From Candidatus Zestomicrobium tamdykulense (GTDB lineage Archaea > Thermoproteota > Thermoprotei_A > Sulfolobales > NBVN01): a DNA stretch of 64,000 bases. A program made the position numbers and the translations under genes. Positions 19,881-29,759 of this stretch are shown here, in pieces. The DNA is taken from positions 511 through 64,510 of the forward strand of contig JAVVFV010000003.1 of assembly GCA_039889305.1 (NCBI GenBank), read 5' to 3'. Position 1 is the stretch's first letter; each line of letters opens with the position of its first letter. Under the pieces are notes generated by a model, which worked only from the letters and a program-made list of their open reading frames with translations, was not told the origin of the DNA and ran no database searches.

Positions 19881-21692
19881 TTGGGTGGGATTTTCGGCAT
19901 AGTATGTGTTTCTCAAATACCTGCAGGCGTAATGAGGGAAGGATTGAAGAGATTAACGTATAGGGGTTTTGACGGGACTGGACTCGCTTATCTTGATGAG
20001 ACAGGTAATATAATCATACGTAAATCTCCTAAACCATTAAACGAAGCTCTTAAAGACATTAACTTAGATGAGATTCCAGCTAGCATAGCGTTAGGGCATG
20101 TGAGATATGCTAATAGAGGTAGGCCCGTTTATGAGAACACACACCCATTAACTGATTGCAGAAATGAAATAGTTGTTGTAGGAGATGGAGTAATAGAAAA
20201 TTTTGAGGAATTCAAAGAAGTATTAGAGAAGAAAGGTCATGTGTTCGTTTCGAGAACAGATACCGAAGTTTTCGCACACTTAGTAGAAGATTTCATGAAA
20301 GAAGGAGGTAATCTCTTAGAAGCGATTGCTAGAGCTACTAGAGAGTTGAGAGGTGTTTATTCTATAGCTTTACTGATTAGAGGTACTCAAAAAATATACG
20401 TAGTCAATAATGAGCAATCAATAATGATTGGTAAGGGAGATAAGTGCTACTACATCTCGAGTGATATACCGAGTCTTTACGGTTTTTCTGAAGACGCTCT
20501 CCTACTAGGAGACGACACCTTAGCTGAGGTAGGGAGTGATGTAGTAAGAGTTTTTGATGTGAAGACATTAAGTGAGGTTAAAGAACTCACACGTAAGAGG
20601 ATCAAGTATTCTCCAGGAACGTTTGAGAAAGCTGGATACCCTCACTACATGCTGAAAGAAATCTATGAAATACCTGAAGCTTTAGTAAAGACTACATACA
20701 CCCTCATGGATAAGTACCTTAGGCTAGCTTCTATGGTAATTTATGGAGCTAAAAATACCTACGTAATAGGTACGGGTACTAGTCTTCACGCCGGTCTTGT
20801 GTCTGCTTACTACTTTAGTGAGATGTCAGACATATTTGTTAACGTGATTAGTGCTGCTGAGTTCCCGTATTACGCGTTAGACAACATATCCACAGGAACT
20901 GTAATCATAGCTATAAGTCAGAGTGGTGAGACCAGCGACGTTATTAAGAGTATCAGGTTAGCTAAGCAGAGAGGAGCCGTCGTAGTTGGAATTACTAACG
21001 TGGTTGGTTCAAGACTTTCTCTAGAGTCTAACGTGTACTTACCTATCGGTGCAGGTCCGGAGATAGCTGTGCCGGCAACAAAGACATTCACTTCGACTCT
21101 AGCTACTTTAGCTATACTCGCTACCTACACGGGACTCCACACAGGCTTGGCAGAGAAAAAAGACTTAGAAAACCTATACGATAAGTTAAGAAATTTTGCT
21201 AAAGACTTGTCAAGCAGGCTACCCTTAATCGACAATAACGTTTCTGCAATTGCAGACGAACTAATAGGTTGGGAAAGTGTCTACGTCTCTAGTAGTGGCA
21301 TAAATTACCCTATAGCTCTTGAAGGAGCTCTAAAACTTAAAGAGACAGCCTTAATACATGCTGAGGGGCTACAGCTAGGGGAGGTCAGGCACGGTCCCAT
21401 GGTCTTAATTAAGGAAGGTTACCCAATAATACTCATAAAACCTGTTGAGGAAACAGCGCTAGACCTCTATAATAAGGTAGCTAAAGAAGCTCTATCTAAG
21501 GAAGCTAAAGTAATTACTATAACTTCTGATAGGGAAGGAATTGGGAACTTAATAGATGTGCCTCACGTTGATAAAGAATTATCACCTATCGCAACAGTCG
21601 TAGCTCTTCAATTACTATCATATAGGTTAGGAAGCAAGCTTGGAAAACCTATAGATACTCCTCCAGGACTTGTCAAAGCTCTAACTATCTAG
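19881..21692 (+). CDS. glmS: GlmS-like glucosamine-6-phosphate synthase (Ntn + two SIS domains) with a degenerate glutaminase site
   Basis: GGIFG, RG.D, N.HP, TDTEV, YPHYMLKEIYE, SQSGETSD, ALEGALKLKE and HGP. The start is TTG 19881, 5 nt after GGTGA, giving MGGIFG instead of MCGI.G. Confidence 0.88.
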   Translation: MGGIFGIVCVSQIPAGVMREGLKRLTYRGFDGTGLAYLDETGNIIIRKSPKPLNEALKDINLDEIPASIALGHVRYANRGRPVYENTHPLTDCRNEIVVVGDGVIENFEEFKEVLEKKGHVFVSRTDTEVFAHLVEDFMKEGGNLLEAIARATRELRGVYSIALLIRGTQKIYVVNNEQSIMIGKGDKCYYISSDIPSLYGFSEDALLLGDDTLAEVGSDVVRVFDVKTLSEVKELTRKRIKYSPGTFEKAGYPHYMLKEIYEIPEALVKTTYTLMDKYLRLASMVIYGAKNTYVIGTGTSLHAGLVSAYYFSEMSDIFVNVISAAEFPYYALDNISTGTVIIAISQSGETSDVIKSIRLAKQRGAVVVGITNVVGSRLSLESNVYLPIGAGPEIAVPATKTFTSTLATLAILATYTGLHTGLAEKKDLENLYDKLRNFAKDLSSRLPLIDNNVSAIADELIGWESVYVSSSGINYPIALEGALKLKETALIHAEGLQLGEVRHGPMVLIKEGYPIILIKPVEETALDLYNKVAKEALSKEAKVITITSDREGIGNLIDVPHVDKELSPIATVVALQLLSYRLGSKLGKPIDTPPGLVKALTI

Positions 21693-23156
21693 AGAGTAGG
21701 TATGACCACAGCGAAGCCACAACTATTTGCAGCGTCGTTAAGAAAACTATCCTGAGCCAGTAAGACCACTCTAGACTTATTTTAGCTCTTTCACACATTC
21801 CTAGAGCTACTATGTTGGCTGTGGAACCTATTGATGTGTAGTTACCGCCCAGAGTTCCTCCATACAAGAGTACCCAGAATACTGACTTAGAGTTTGCTAA
21901 ACTACTCACTCTCTTAGCTACTGGGGTCATCGCTACTATGACAGACAATTATCAAGTAATGAACTAAATGTTGCTGCCAAAGATAGGAAGATTATGTTTA
22001 AAAGGTTGTAGTTTATGCTAGAACCACTAGTAACTGTTTTTAGACTTAAGAAGGCTATCTTAGGTGCAGCATCACTCCAAAACATAGAATGACCTAACAT
22101 AAATAACGCTATAAAAATAATATAGAGGACCCTCAACACCTCTAGTTATGAAAACCTTTAATTCTTCAGCCCTAATTTGAGTCAGTGACAAAAGTATGAA
22201 GACGTAAGGAATAAGAGGAGAGAGTGAGGATCTACGCAAGAACCGCTTAACAACGATACTAATTCCAAGAGTGGGCTGTTTAATGCTATTACTACTAGGA
22301 AGCCTACAAGTAAAGCGATGCCAGACCTAATAGCTCTACGTTCCTGTAATGTTAGATCAGCAAATGACTTAGTTCTCATGGTCTCTATATATCTTTAGTT
22401 AGCTTTGAGGATAGTATTAACAAGTAATTCCTAAGTAAAATGTATGCTGATATCAACATCACTAATAAGGTGATGAATGAGAGAGGTAATGCTCTGTAGA
22501 GAAACTCACTCACAGTTAATTAAGCTTCATAAGACACATATATTCCTATAGGATTATCTATCGGTAGCGCCATACTGCCAGTGTTAGTAGCTAGAACAAC
22601 AAGTATTACAAGAGGTCTCACGTCATGCCTAGTATTTTTCTTATGTCGAAAACCAACATGGTCACGTAAACTATGCTGGTTACTTCATCTACTGTTAAAG
22701 CTAGAAACCAAGCAAAGAAAGATAAATACATTAGTAGGTAAGGTGAGCTCCCACTTAAACTTAAGATACTAATTGCTATATACTCGAGGACTCTTAGCTT
22801 GCGTAGTATGTAAGTGAAGGTCATGCTACCTATTAAAAAGAGAACTAGCCTCCATTCAGCACCAGATATGAGTTCTTGAGGAGGAACCACACAGCAAAAA
22901 CTAGTAAGGCTACCGAAAGGAAAGCAGCAAAATACCGCAACTTTGTAGAGGTTATCGTGAGACTCACTACTAGCAAGAAAAGACCAAGTGATAAAATCTG
23001 ACGATAAATACTGCTTGAGGAATCTAGCATCTCTCCACACATAGCTAAAGTATAATTACTTCTTATAGTGCGAGGTATTGAGGATATGCTCATAAGTAGG
23101 TACGAGAAGAGAAATAAACCAACAACAAGTACAAGCACCTTAAAGGCAGGCCTCAT
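21685..23156 (-). pseudogene. Fragmented ArsB/NhaD (SLC13/P-protein-like) ion transporter
   Basis: Five or more hydrophobic fragments in different frames run from MRPAFK (ATG 23156) through LVLFLIGSM and VDEVTSIVY to GGTLGGNYTSIGSTANIV. Confidence 0.78.
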
Positions 23157-23181
23157 TTTAAAAAACGCAGTATACTGAGTT

Positions 23182-23691
23182 TTACTTGGGTGGAGGCCAC
23201 CTTCTATCAAAATATATGTTCTTAGACGTGGCTGAGAGAGGTATTCCGAAAACATAGTCAGCTTTAATTAGACCTAATTCTTGAGCGGCTACACCAACCG
23301 TGAACATCACTCTATTATCTACGTTATGTAGTGATGATGTTTTAACAGCTGATCCTATTGCTATACCTAAGTTTACTAAGGAGGATACTATATTAGCGTC
23401 AAGTTCCCAATTTCTAGGGTTCTTGAGTCCCAGATCTACTATCTTACTACCTATTAACACTACTGCAATACTGTTTCTCACGTTTTGAGCGTCTCTAAGG
23501 AAGAAGTCCCCGAACTCTTTTGAGAGCTCTTCCATCTTGCTAGCTAGTAACTCGAGTTCTTCCCTAGTATTAAGGATTTTAACCTCGATGTTATCTACGC
23601 CTCTGGCCTTAGGAGCTGTTCTAGCAGAGAGTGCCATCATCTTGGCAACCTCAAGAACACTTTCTCTCAAGGCTTCCTCAAACTCTATCAT
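23182..23691 (-). CDS. DUF2148 ('ferredoxin domain-containing') family protein
   Basis: SARTAPKARGVD, NLGIAIGSAVK and DNRVMFTVG.A motifs. The protein has no cysteine. Confidence 0.75.
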   Translation of the reverse strand: MIEFEEALRESVLEVAKMMALSARTAPKARGVDNIEVKILNTREELELLASKMEELSKEFGDFFLRDAQNVRNSIAVVLIGSKIVDLGLKNPRNWELDANIVSSLVNLGIAIGSAVKTSSLHNVDNRVMFTVGVAAQELGLIKADYVFGIPLSATSKNIYFDRRWPPPK

Positions 23692-23865
23692 TTAATTACA
23701 CCATATTTAGTTCGATATCCATTTAAAATTTGATCTAAACATACAGTATCCTCGTAGTTACGTATTTTTGTTCCTCTCATCTTAACTGGAGTAACTAACT
23801 ATCCACAAAGTATCGTAAGTTAAAAGATCTCTCACTATTTTTTCACGGGGTCTTGATTTAATGCT

Positions 23866-24891
23866 ATGATTGAAGGTAAATTATATCAATCGTGTGTTGA
23901 CCAAGAATCTGTCGTATGCTTAGTGTGTGAGAGGAGATGTTTGTTAAGAAAAAATATGAAAGGTCTTTGCGGGAATTATGTTAACATAATCGGCAAACTA
24001 TACTCGATAGGTTATGGCAGATTAAGCGCTGTTGAGAGCAGACCTATAGAGATAAAACCCTTCTTTCATTACTGGCCTAACAGTACAGCACTAACATTTT
24101 CTGGTCTAGGATGTAATTTCTACTGTCCTTGGTGTCAGAATTACTTTCTGAGTTTTAGGCATCCTAGTGATGAGCCTCTAATACAGCCTTCATACCTAGT
24201 TAAGTTAGCTAAATCTTTAGGAGATGAGGGACTTTCAGCAAGTTTTAATGAACCTACAATTAACTACGAATACTTACTAGATGTTGCTGCGCTAGCTAGA
24301 CGTGAAGGCCTTTACTTAACCATAGTATCTAACGGCTACCAAACCCCGGAAGCTTTGAATGAATTAGTGGAAGCTGGGTTTGATGGTTGGAGCATAGACA
24401 TAAAAGGGTGTCCCAACATGAAGAGAGCACTACTTAACATAGATCATAATAAGGTCTTCAGGAACGCTAAACTAGTTCTTAATGCTGGAGGACACGTAGA
24501 GATGGTTTACTTAGTAGTAACTAAGACTAACGATAGTGACGAGTGTGTGGAATGGATTATAAACAAGCACATAAATGAGTTAGGATCTGAAGTTCCCTTA
24601 CACGTGAATAGATACTACCCAGCACATAAATGGAGAGAAGAACAAACCTCATTAAAGAAGCTTTTAGAAATACGTGATAAAGCTAAGAAAGAAGGGATAG
24701 AGTATGTGTATGTAGGTAATGTAGGAATTCCTGAGTTCGAAGCAACTAAATGCCCTAAATGCGGTAAAACCCTTATAACACGCTATAATTACAGAGTAGT
24801 TGAATTCAACCTACTGAAAGACGGAGGTATTTATAAGTGTCCTCGATGCAGTACACAGATACCGATTAGAGGTAACTATGTAGCCAAATAA
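23866..24891 (+). CDS. AmmeMemoRadiSam-type / PFL-activating-like radical SAM enzyme
   Basis: N-terminal CxxCxxxC, PIEIKPFFH, radical SAM GCNFYCPWCQN, NEP, YVYVGN and C-terminal CPKC/CPRC. Confidence 0.88.
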   Translation: MIEGKLYQSCVDQESVVCLVCERRCLLRKNMKGLCGNYVNIIGKLYSIGYGRLSAVESRPIEIKPFFHYWPNSTALTFSGLGCNFYCPWCQNYFLSFRHPSDEPLIQPSYLVKLAKSLGDEGLSASFNEPTINYEYLLDVAALARREGLYLTIVSNGYQTPEALNELVEAGFDGWSIDIKGCPNMKRALLNIDHNKVFRNAKLVLNAGGHVEMVYLVVTKTNDSDECVEWIINKHINELGSEVPLHVNRYYPAHKWREEQTSLKKLLEIRDKAKKEGIEYVYVGNVGIPEFEATKCPKCGKTLITRYNYRVVEFNLLKDGGIYKCPRCSTQIPIRGNYVAK

Positions 24892-24941
24892 TTATGTTTT
24901 CACTAAGCACGATAAGTGTAGGTAAGTAAGGTGGTGAAGAA

Positions 24942-25880
24942 GTGATTAATGTAGTAGTTTTGGATAAGGGGGTTTCCTTCGGACCTTCCCCAACCAACAC
25001 TGAGCTCAGCAGGCTGAGTAAGGAGTATACGCATGTGGTTGTTCTAACATATCCTCACGAGGTTAAGTATGATGTAAATTCACTAAAAAACTTCGGTATC
25101 GAGATATTGGAGGTTCCGGTTCCTGACTTTAGATCCCCACCATTACTTGACCTAGTATTCATAGTTGAGTGGATTTTAGATAAGGTTGCTGCGGGCGGTA
25201 GGGTATATGTTCACTGTGCTGGAGGTTATGGGAGATCTGCGACAGTAGCTGCGGCATATCTTATTCGTAGGTATAGGAAGAACTGGTTAGAATCCATGGA
25301 TCGAGTAAGGAAACTTAGGAAAGGGTCTCTAGAATCTGTTGAGCAGCTCTCTGTATTAAGAGCTTATGATGTCCTACTAAGGTACTTGAGCCCTGTTGAG
25401 CTTCTGAAGTCATTTAAATGCACAGATAAGCAAACTAAAAACCACGTATCGAAGATACTACAAATAGGTCTCAAAAATTCTGAGACCATAGCATCACTCA
25501 CTAAAATACCTCAAAACTTACTTATTCAAGAACTATTTAATAGCGTTAATCACTACCTCAATTCTCAAAAACTAGAATGTATTTTTACGAGACTCCCAAT
25601 ACTATGTAACGTAAATAAACCAGTAAGTGATGATTTAGTGAGTCTCCTTAAAACATATGCTGAATTATCTATAGCTACTGATGAGCCAAGAAACCAATGT
25701 GTTGAGGATCTAGAAATAAGACATAGGGAAAACAATTTAGTAGAAGTAGTACTCTACTGTAATATTAATCTCATGTCTTCATGTGGTGTGGTTAAGAAGC
25801 GTGTGGAGAACTTACTATCTAAAATGTGTGAAATGCTTAACTGTAGTGTTAAGACTGTGATGCTGGACTTCCTCTCCTAA
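24942..25880 (+). CDS. Dual-specificity protein phosphatase with a C-terminal extension
   Basis: VPDFRSP (general-acid loop), P-loop VHCAGGYGRS and ESVEQ, followed by about 160 extra residues. Confidence 0.82.
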   Translation: MINVVVLDKGVSFGPSPTNTELSRLSKEYTHVVVLTYPHEVKYDVNSLKNFGIEILEVPVPDFRSPPLLDLVFIVEWILDKVAAGGRVYVHCAGGYGRSATVAAAYLIRRYRKNWLESMDRVRKLRKGSLESVEQLSVLRAYDVLLRYLSPVELLKSFKCTDKQTKNHVSKILQIGLKNSETIASLTKIPQNLLIQELFNSVNHYLNSQKLECIFTRLPILCNVNKPVSDDLVSLLKTYAELSIATDEPRNQCVEDLEIRHRENNLVEVVLYCNINLMSSCGVVKKRVENLLSKMCEMLNCSVKTVMLDFLS

Positions 25881-27312
25881 GCCCTTCAGCTCCATTAAGG
25901 AATGAATAAGCCTTAAATCCTTTCTCACGCAGTTTTAAAGCTTCTACGTAGCTTCTATTCCCTTTATCACAGTATAGGATTAATGTTTTATCTCTTAACT
26001 CCTCTAAGTTGATTTTCTCGTAATGTAGAGCTCCCGGATAGTGCCATTCAAGATATTCATCTAAATCACGAAGATCTATTACTACAGCATCATCAGGTAT
26101 GTAATCAATAACGATAGACTTATCAGGTACTACATCATCAAGACTAGAAGCTCTAACTTCGAAAACCTTAAGGGTATTCAGTACTTTAGTCATTAGGTCT
26201 TCAGGAAGCTTCATGAATTCACTACGTAATTCTTCAACAGACACTTTAGTTCTGACACGTGAAGGAGCTATTGAACAAGGCTCACCTACCATAGATGATG
26301 TCTCGTAAGTACCTATCCTTCTAGCAAGACTAACTATCTCTTCTTTATCAAGACCTATTAGAGGTCTTAAGACAGGAAGCTGTAAGCCAGATACTAACTG
26401 AGCAGCGCTTAAGTTAACTAACGTCTGACTTGATGTTTGGCCAATAGACTCACCCGTTACCACAGCATCATAGTTTCCTGCAGCTATTTTAGACGCTAAG
26501 TAATACATTAACGTTTTCAGAACTACCTGTCTAAACTCCCACCTCACGTTAGTCCTAATGTAGTTTAGTGCGTGAGTTAAGTCAATTACATAAAATCTTG
26601 GGTTGTGACCATAAAACCAATTATAGGTGAGTGTCTTAGCTACTGTGAAAGCTAAGCGAGTTGCGCTGGGAGAACCCATAAAGAAGTGAAGAAAATCTAT
26701 TTTGATCCCCCTCTTAGCGACGAGCCATGTAGCTACGGGCGAATCTATCCCTCCAGAAAACAATGAGAGTGCATGTCCTTCAGTACCTATGGGTAGTCCT
26801 CCTACACCACTAATTAATTTCTTATAGAAGTATGCTGTGGGGCCCCTAATCTCTACATGAATCTCGACCTCAGGCTTCTCGAGATCAACTCCTGCTGAGT
26901 AAGGTTTCAGGAAAGCACCTAATTCTCTAGCCACATCAAGTGATGTAAACTCGTGAGTACCGAATCTCTTAACTCTAACAGCAAACTTCTTATTAGTAAC
27001 TAGGCTTACTGCTTTTTCACCAACCTTACTAACAAGGTCTTTTAGATCATTAAAGTTTATTAAATCAACCTCACCTATCTTCATCACACCGAAAACTCTA
27101 CTCAGGTCTTCTAATACGTCTATATCAGACTCCAGGAATATTTTAGCGTTGATAATTTTGAAACTATAATTGGTGGAACCATACTCTTGAAGAACTTCAC
27201 TTATGTTCTTAATTAAGACTCTATAGAATTTTGGTCTACTGCGCCAGGACTTAAAAGGGAGTTCCCCGGAAACAGTTATTAGGTATTTATACGTCATTAT
27301 CTTTATTCCCAA
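25849..27312 (-). CDS. thiI: tRNA 4-thiouridine sulfurtransferase ThiI (THUMP + PP-loop + rhodanese); likely start ATG 27297
   Basis: SGEL...S, THUMP domain, GVGGLP.G, SGGIDS, TGESIGQ.SSQ, RPLIG.DK and rhodanese YCDKGNRS. Confidence 0.93.
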   Translation of the reverse strand: MGIKIMTYKYLITVSGELPFKSWRSRPKFYRVLIKNISEVLQEYGSTNYSFKIINAKIFLESDIDVLEDLSRVFGVMKIGEVDLINFNDLKDLVSKVGEKAVSLVTNKKFAVRVKRFGTHEFTSLDVARELGAFLKPYSAGVDLEKPEVEIHVEIRGPTAYFYKKLISGVGGLPIGTEGHALSLFSGGIDSPVATWLVAKRGIKIDFLHFFMGSPSATRLAFTVAKTLTYNWFYGHNPRFYVIDLTHALNYIRTNVRWEFRQVVLKTLMYYLASKIAAGNYDAVVTGESIGQTSSQTLVNLSAAQLVSGLQLPVLRPLIGLDKEEIVSLARRIGTYETSSMVGEPCSIAPSRVRTKVSVEELRSEFMKLPEDLMTKVLNTLKVFEVRASSLDDVVPDKSIVIDYIPDDAVVIDLRDLDEYLEWHYPGALHYEKINLEELRDKTLILYCDKGNRSYVEALKLREKGFKAYSFLNGAEGLRRGSPASQS

Positions 27313-27324
27313 CGAATTAGTGAA

Positions 27325-28251
27325 TTAAACACCTAAAACTTCTTTAAGTAGTGCTGCTCTGATATACATGCCGTTCTTAGCTTGCTCAAAATACTTAGCT
27401 TGCGGTAATACGTCGACATCAGTTGTTATTTCCCATACTCTAGGGAGGGGATGCATTATTATCGGGATCTTTCCATGTTTTTCTAGTAAGTTTCTTGTAA
27501 TTACGTAGGAGCCCTTAAGTCTCTCGTACTCTTGCGGGTCTTCAAACCTTTCTTTCTGTAATCTAGTAACGTAGAGTACGTTAAGCTTCTCTATCACTTC
27601 CTCAACATTCTCGACTAAGTAATAGTTAAGCTTACCCTCGATCTTCTTAATTATTTCTTCCCTAACCTGAAGTTGTTTTGGTGCTATGTAGTAAATCGTT
27701 ATGTCGTTAAATCTCGTGAGTATGTATGAGAGTGAAGGTATTGTCCTGCCGTACTTTAAGTCTCCCATGATCCCTACAGTAAGACCGTCTACCCTACCGA
27801 ATTCTCTCCACATAGTGTAGATATCTAGCAACGCTTGTGTTGGATGCTCGTTTGTTCCGTCACCACCGCTTATTATGGGTGCTTTAACAAAGTCTTTGAC
27901 GCTATGCGGGAAGAAGGGTTTGCTATGTCTTATTATTATGACGTCGGGTCCGTAACCATCCAGTATCCGCATAGTGTCTTCTTCAGTTTCTCCTTTTTTG
28001 AGGCTAGAGACTTCTTCTATGAAATCTATCACTGACCCTCCTAACCTAGTCATAGCGAACTGAAAACTTATTTTGGTTCTCGTACTAGGCTCAAAAAATG
28101 CTGTAATCATTACTTTACCTTTAGCGTAATCTAAGGTGCCCTTACTAGCTATTTCTTTCCTAAGTCCCTCCGCAAGCTCAAATAACCTGAAGAGATCACT
28201 CCTCTCAAAATCGAAAGCTGAAACTATGTCTTTTCCTCTTAAGGAACTCAC
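27325..28251 (-). CDS. pyrB: Aspartate carbamoyltransferase catalytic subunit
   Basis: FFEPSTRT, HPTQ.LLD, GDLKYGRT, YVTRLQKERF and MHPLPR. Confidence 0.96.
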   Translation of the reverse strand: MSSLRGKDIVSAFDFERSDLFRLFELAEGLRKEIASKGTLDYAKGKVMITAFFEPSTRTKISFQFAMTRLGGSVIDFIEEVSSLKKGETEEDTMRILDGYGPDVIIIRHSKPFFPHSVKDFVKAPIISGGDGTNEHPTQALLDIYTMWREFGRVDGLTVGIMGDLKYGRTIPSLSYILTRFNDITIYYIAPKQLQVREEIIKKIEGKLNYYLVENVEEVIEKLNVLYVTRLQKERFEDPQEYERLKGSYVITRNLLEKHGKIPIIMHPLPRVWEITTDVDVLPQAKYFEQAKNGMYIRAALLKEVLGV

Positions 28252-28324
28252 GACTCATCACATAATAGATTCTTTTACTCAGAATTAAAATAAGTCCTAG
28301 CTAATTAGCTAATAGGTACCCTAC

Positions 28325-29701
28325 CTAAGGTATGTGGAAGTACTTTACGTAGGATATGTAGTAGCCAGCAACTATGGCTGTCCCTATCACTCCAGCAACG
28401 TTCGGTGCTAGTGCGTGGAAGAGCACGTAAGTAGTGGGGTCTACCGACTGAGCTTCTCTCTGAGCTACTCTAGCAGATATGGGTACAGCAGAAACACCTG
28501 CACAACCTATAACAGGGTTTACTTTACCTTTAGTTACTATGTTGAGTAACCACGCGAAAGCTATGCCGCCCACCGTAGATACTGCGAAAGCTACTAGACC
28601 GAGACCGAGAATAATGAATGCCTTACTTATGAAGGCTAAGTACGCTTCAGCTGTCTGAACCTCCACGAATTGACCTAAGAAATCGTAGGAGAGGGTTGAC
28701 CCAACACCAATCATTGTTAATATGGTTGCTGTATCTAGGAGTGGATCTGCTATGGTTTTGCCATACCTTGCGACAACCTCACTAATTCCTGATTCTTTCA
28801 CGATATTACCTAAAGCTAGAGCAGCTACTAGAGGCAACGCTGCAGGCACTAAGAACGCGATCACTAGGAGAACTATGATCCAGAAAATTATTATCTCGTT
28901 TGAAGACACTTCCCTAGGCTTAGGCATCTTCATACCTCTAACTCTACGAGGCACGAGTACTCTAATTATGGGTGGCTGTATTATAGGTACTAAAGCTATG
29001 TAGCTGTAAACAGCTATGGTTAGAGGCCCTATAAGGTTGGGAGCTATGTTTATTGCTGTGTATATGGTTGTCGGGCCGTCAGCACCACCCACAACACCGA
29101 TAGCCATAGATTCTGGTAGTGTGAAAAGACCTGTAGTTAGAGCTATTAAGGTCACGACAGTAATGCCTAACTGTGCAGCTGAACCTATTAAAGCACCTAC
29201 CGGGTAGGAAAGCAATGGTCTAAAATCTGACAGAGCTCCTATACCAACGAATATGAGTATAGGTCCTATTTCTGTCCTAACGATCAGGTGGTAAATCCAT
29301 GCTAAAAGAGCTGTTGAGTCAGGTGTGCAGACCCTAATTATGGGACCCGTGCTTGTTGAGATATTGAATACTTGAACAAGTCCTGAAAAACTGCTTAAGC
29401 CGCTACTCATGAACTCATTAGTTGTGAAAGACTCACACACATACTTAGCTAGATGTAGGGCTGGAGCATTAGCTAATATCATCCCAATACCTAATGGAAT
29501 CATTAGTAAGGGCTCCACCTTCTTAAGACCTAGAATAAGGAGGGTAAACCCCCACACCATGAATAACAATCTAATAAAGAGCTCTACAGGATCTCCTAAC
29601 TGGAGACCTGGCAGGATGAGCGAAAGATCTATACTCATATGACTCACTAAGTAGAAGTTAATCATTAAGCTTATAAAAACGTAAGTCCTTACATAGAACA
29701 A
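28325..29701 (-). CDS. Na+-translocating carboxylic acid decarboxylase, beta subunit (OadB/MmdB/GcdB); likely start ATG 29638
   Basis: EPLLMIP.GIG, IFVGIGA.SDF, GVVGGADGPT, AVYSYIALVPIIQPP, AGVSAVP..ARV and APNVAGVIG. Confidence 0.92.
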   Translation of the reverse strand: MFYVRTYVFISLMINFYLVSHMSIDLSLILPGLQLGDPVELFIRLLFMVWGFTLLILGLKKVEPLLMIPLGIGMILANAPALHLAKYVCESFTTNEFMSSGLSSFSGLVQVFNISTSTGPIIRVCTPDSTALLAWIYHLIVRTEIGPILIFVGIGALSDFRPLLSYPVGALIGSAAQLGITVVTLIALTTGLFTLPESMAIGVVGGADGPTTIYTAINIAPNLIGPLTIAVYSYIALVPIIQPPIIRVLVPRRVRGMKMPKPREVSSNEIIIFWIIVLLVIAFLVPAALPLVAALALGNIVKESGISEVVARYGKTIADPLLDTATILTMIGVGSTLSYDFLGQFVEVQTAEAYLAFISKAFIILGLGLVAFAVSTVGGIAFAWLLNIVTKGKVNPVIGCAGVSAVPISARVAQREAQSVDPTTYVLFHALAPNVAGVIGTAIVAGYYISYVKYFHIP

Positions 29702-29759
29702 GAACTAAAGAAGACCATATCTATGCGTGATAAATTATCCTAAAAGTGATCTCTTACAT

